From Octopus sinensis (lineage: Eukaryota): a DNA stretch of 53,661 nucleotides. The DNA lies in contig NW_021833898.1 in the NCBI RefSeq assembly GCF_006345805.1, positions 1 through 53,661 of the forward strand, written 5' to 3'. Of the stretch, positions 52,613 to 53,661 are shown in pieces. A program made the position numbers and the translations under genes. Position 1 is the stretch's first letter, and the number at the start of each line of letters is the position of its first letter. Below the pieces are notes generated by a model. That model saw only the letters and a program-made list of their open reading frames with translations. It made no database searches and was not told the origin of the DNA.

Positions 52613-52624
52613 TTATATATATAT

Positions 52625-52710
52625 ACGTGCCGGAATTGCCATGCGTGGAACTGAACCCGGAACCATGTTGGTTGCGAAGCAGCTTCTTGCCACGCAGCCA
52701 CGCCTGCGCC
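52625..52710 (-). mobile_element. SINE family B head, inverted near-copy of 51254-51340
   Basis: Shares the private variants GCTGCGTGGCAAGAAG and CATGGCAATTCCGGCACGT with the 51254 copy. Confidence 0.85.
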
Positions 52711-52741
52711 TATGTACATACATACATACATATATATACAT

Positions 52742-52805
<64 letters not shown>

Positions 52806-52809
52806 TTAT

Positions 52810-52840
<31 letters not shown>

Positions 52841-52861
52841 GTATATAATATATATATATAT

Positions 52862-52911
<50 letters not shown>

Positions 52912-53035
52912 GCACTAGGATCCTCGTGGCAGTAAATGGACCGAGAAGGTGACGGGTGGACTTTGTTTGCCCGTGGTCCTTGTTGGAACCCAGCGATAAT
53001 CCTTTCTGGTTATGGGCGCAAGGCCTGAAATTTGA

Positions 53036-53345
53036 GGTACTGGTACTTAATTTATCGACCAGAAGGAGGAAGGTAAGTCGACCTCGGCGGAATTAGAATT
53101 CAGAACGTAACGGCCGACATAATTCTTTACTACCCACAAGGAGCTAAACATAGAGGAGACAAACAAGGACAGACAAACGGATTAAGTCGATTACATCGAC
53201 CCCAGTCAGTAACTGGTACTTAATTTATCGACCCCGAAAGGATGAAAGGCAAAGTCGACCTCGGCGGGATTTGAACTCAGAACGTAGCGACAGACGAAAT
53301 ACCGCTAAGCATTTCATCCAGCGTGCTAATAATTCTGCCAGCGCA
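53036..53345 (-). mobile_element. SINE family A: head, full unit and partial second unit
   Basis: On the minus strand the head and body end GTAGTAAAGAA, then restart ATGTCGGCCGTTACGTTCTGAATTC..GAGGTCGAC..GTCGATAAATTAAGTACCAGT. Confidence 0.88.
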
Positions 53346-53661
53346 CCACATTTGGAACCCAGCCTATAAGGACTAGTTATTAACGTGTTTATGCTGAGGC
53401 CATGTTATTAAACGTTGTTTTTCTATGTTACTTCCACACAGCCCACTCTCTGCAGTTGGTTTTTGTTAAATGAGGGGCTAGATATTTGGCAACCTATGTC
53501 TCTCTATTCAATGTGCATAAGTGGTAGCGTGTGCGTTCGGTGTGTGTGTCAACGTATACGTGTGTGTGTATGTGTGTGTTTATAGCAGCGTAGCTGTTAA
53601 AACCCCGATACCTTCAGGCGAATATTCTACCCACTCGGCATTTCAATGTTACTAGAATGTT

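Overview
AT-rich, repeat-dominated eukaryotic DNA with no complete protein-coding, rRNA or tRNA gene that I can support. The repeat set (tRNA-headed SINEs with Deu/Nin-like and CORE-like domains, R4/Dong-type RLE LINE fragments, very dense compound TA/CATA/GATA/TTA microsatellites) looks like an Octopus-type cephalopod genome; this is inference from pattern recognition, not a database hit. Almost all ORFs in the supplied track are microsatellite or SINE translations. Exceptions are decayed LINE C-terminal fragments (about 20.85-21.35 kb, 30.95-31.62 kb, 36.8-38.2 kb) and the start of a Tigger/pogo-like transposase (27.58 kb). I also see a hAT-type MITE with a near-perfect 8-bp TSD, a Helitron/HINE-like element, and one candidate 132-nt coding exon on the minus strand (15550-15681). 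The most interesting structural signals are: (i) several short microsatellite-embedded elements carrying minimal type I hammerhead-ribozyme-like cores (6280, 17066, 32445, 42865), one inside nested inverted repeats, consistent with Penelope-like/retrozyme elements; (ii) a SINE family whose internal microsatellite appears repeatedly split by other insertions; (iii) a SINE whose 3' end runs back into its own body, giving head+(184-bp unit)n multimers; (iv) closely spaced inverted SINE pairs that could form dsRNA. Near-identical local duplicates differ mainly by homopolymer indels, so the sequence may be an imperfectly polished long-read assembly, and some duplications or frameshifts could be artefacts. 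SINE family letters A-D are my own labels and most repeat boundaries are approximate.
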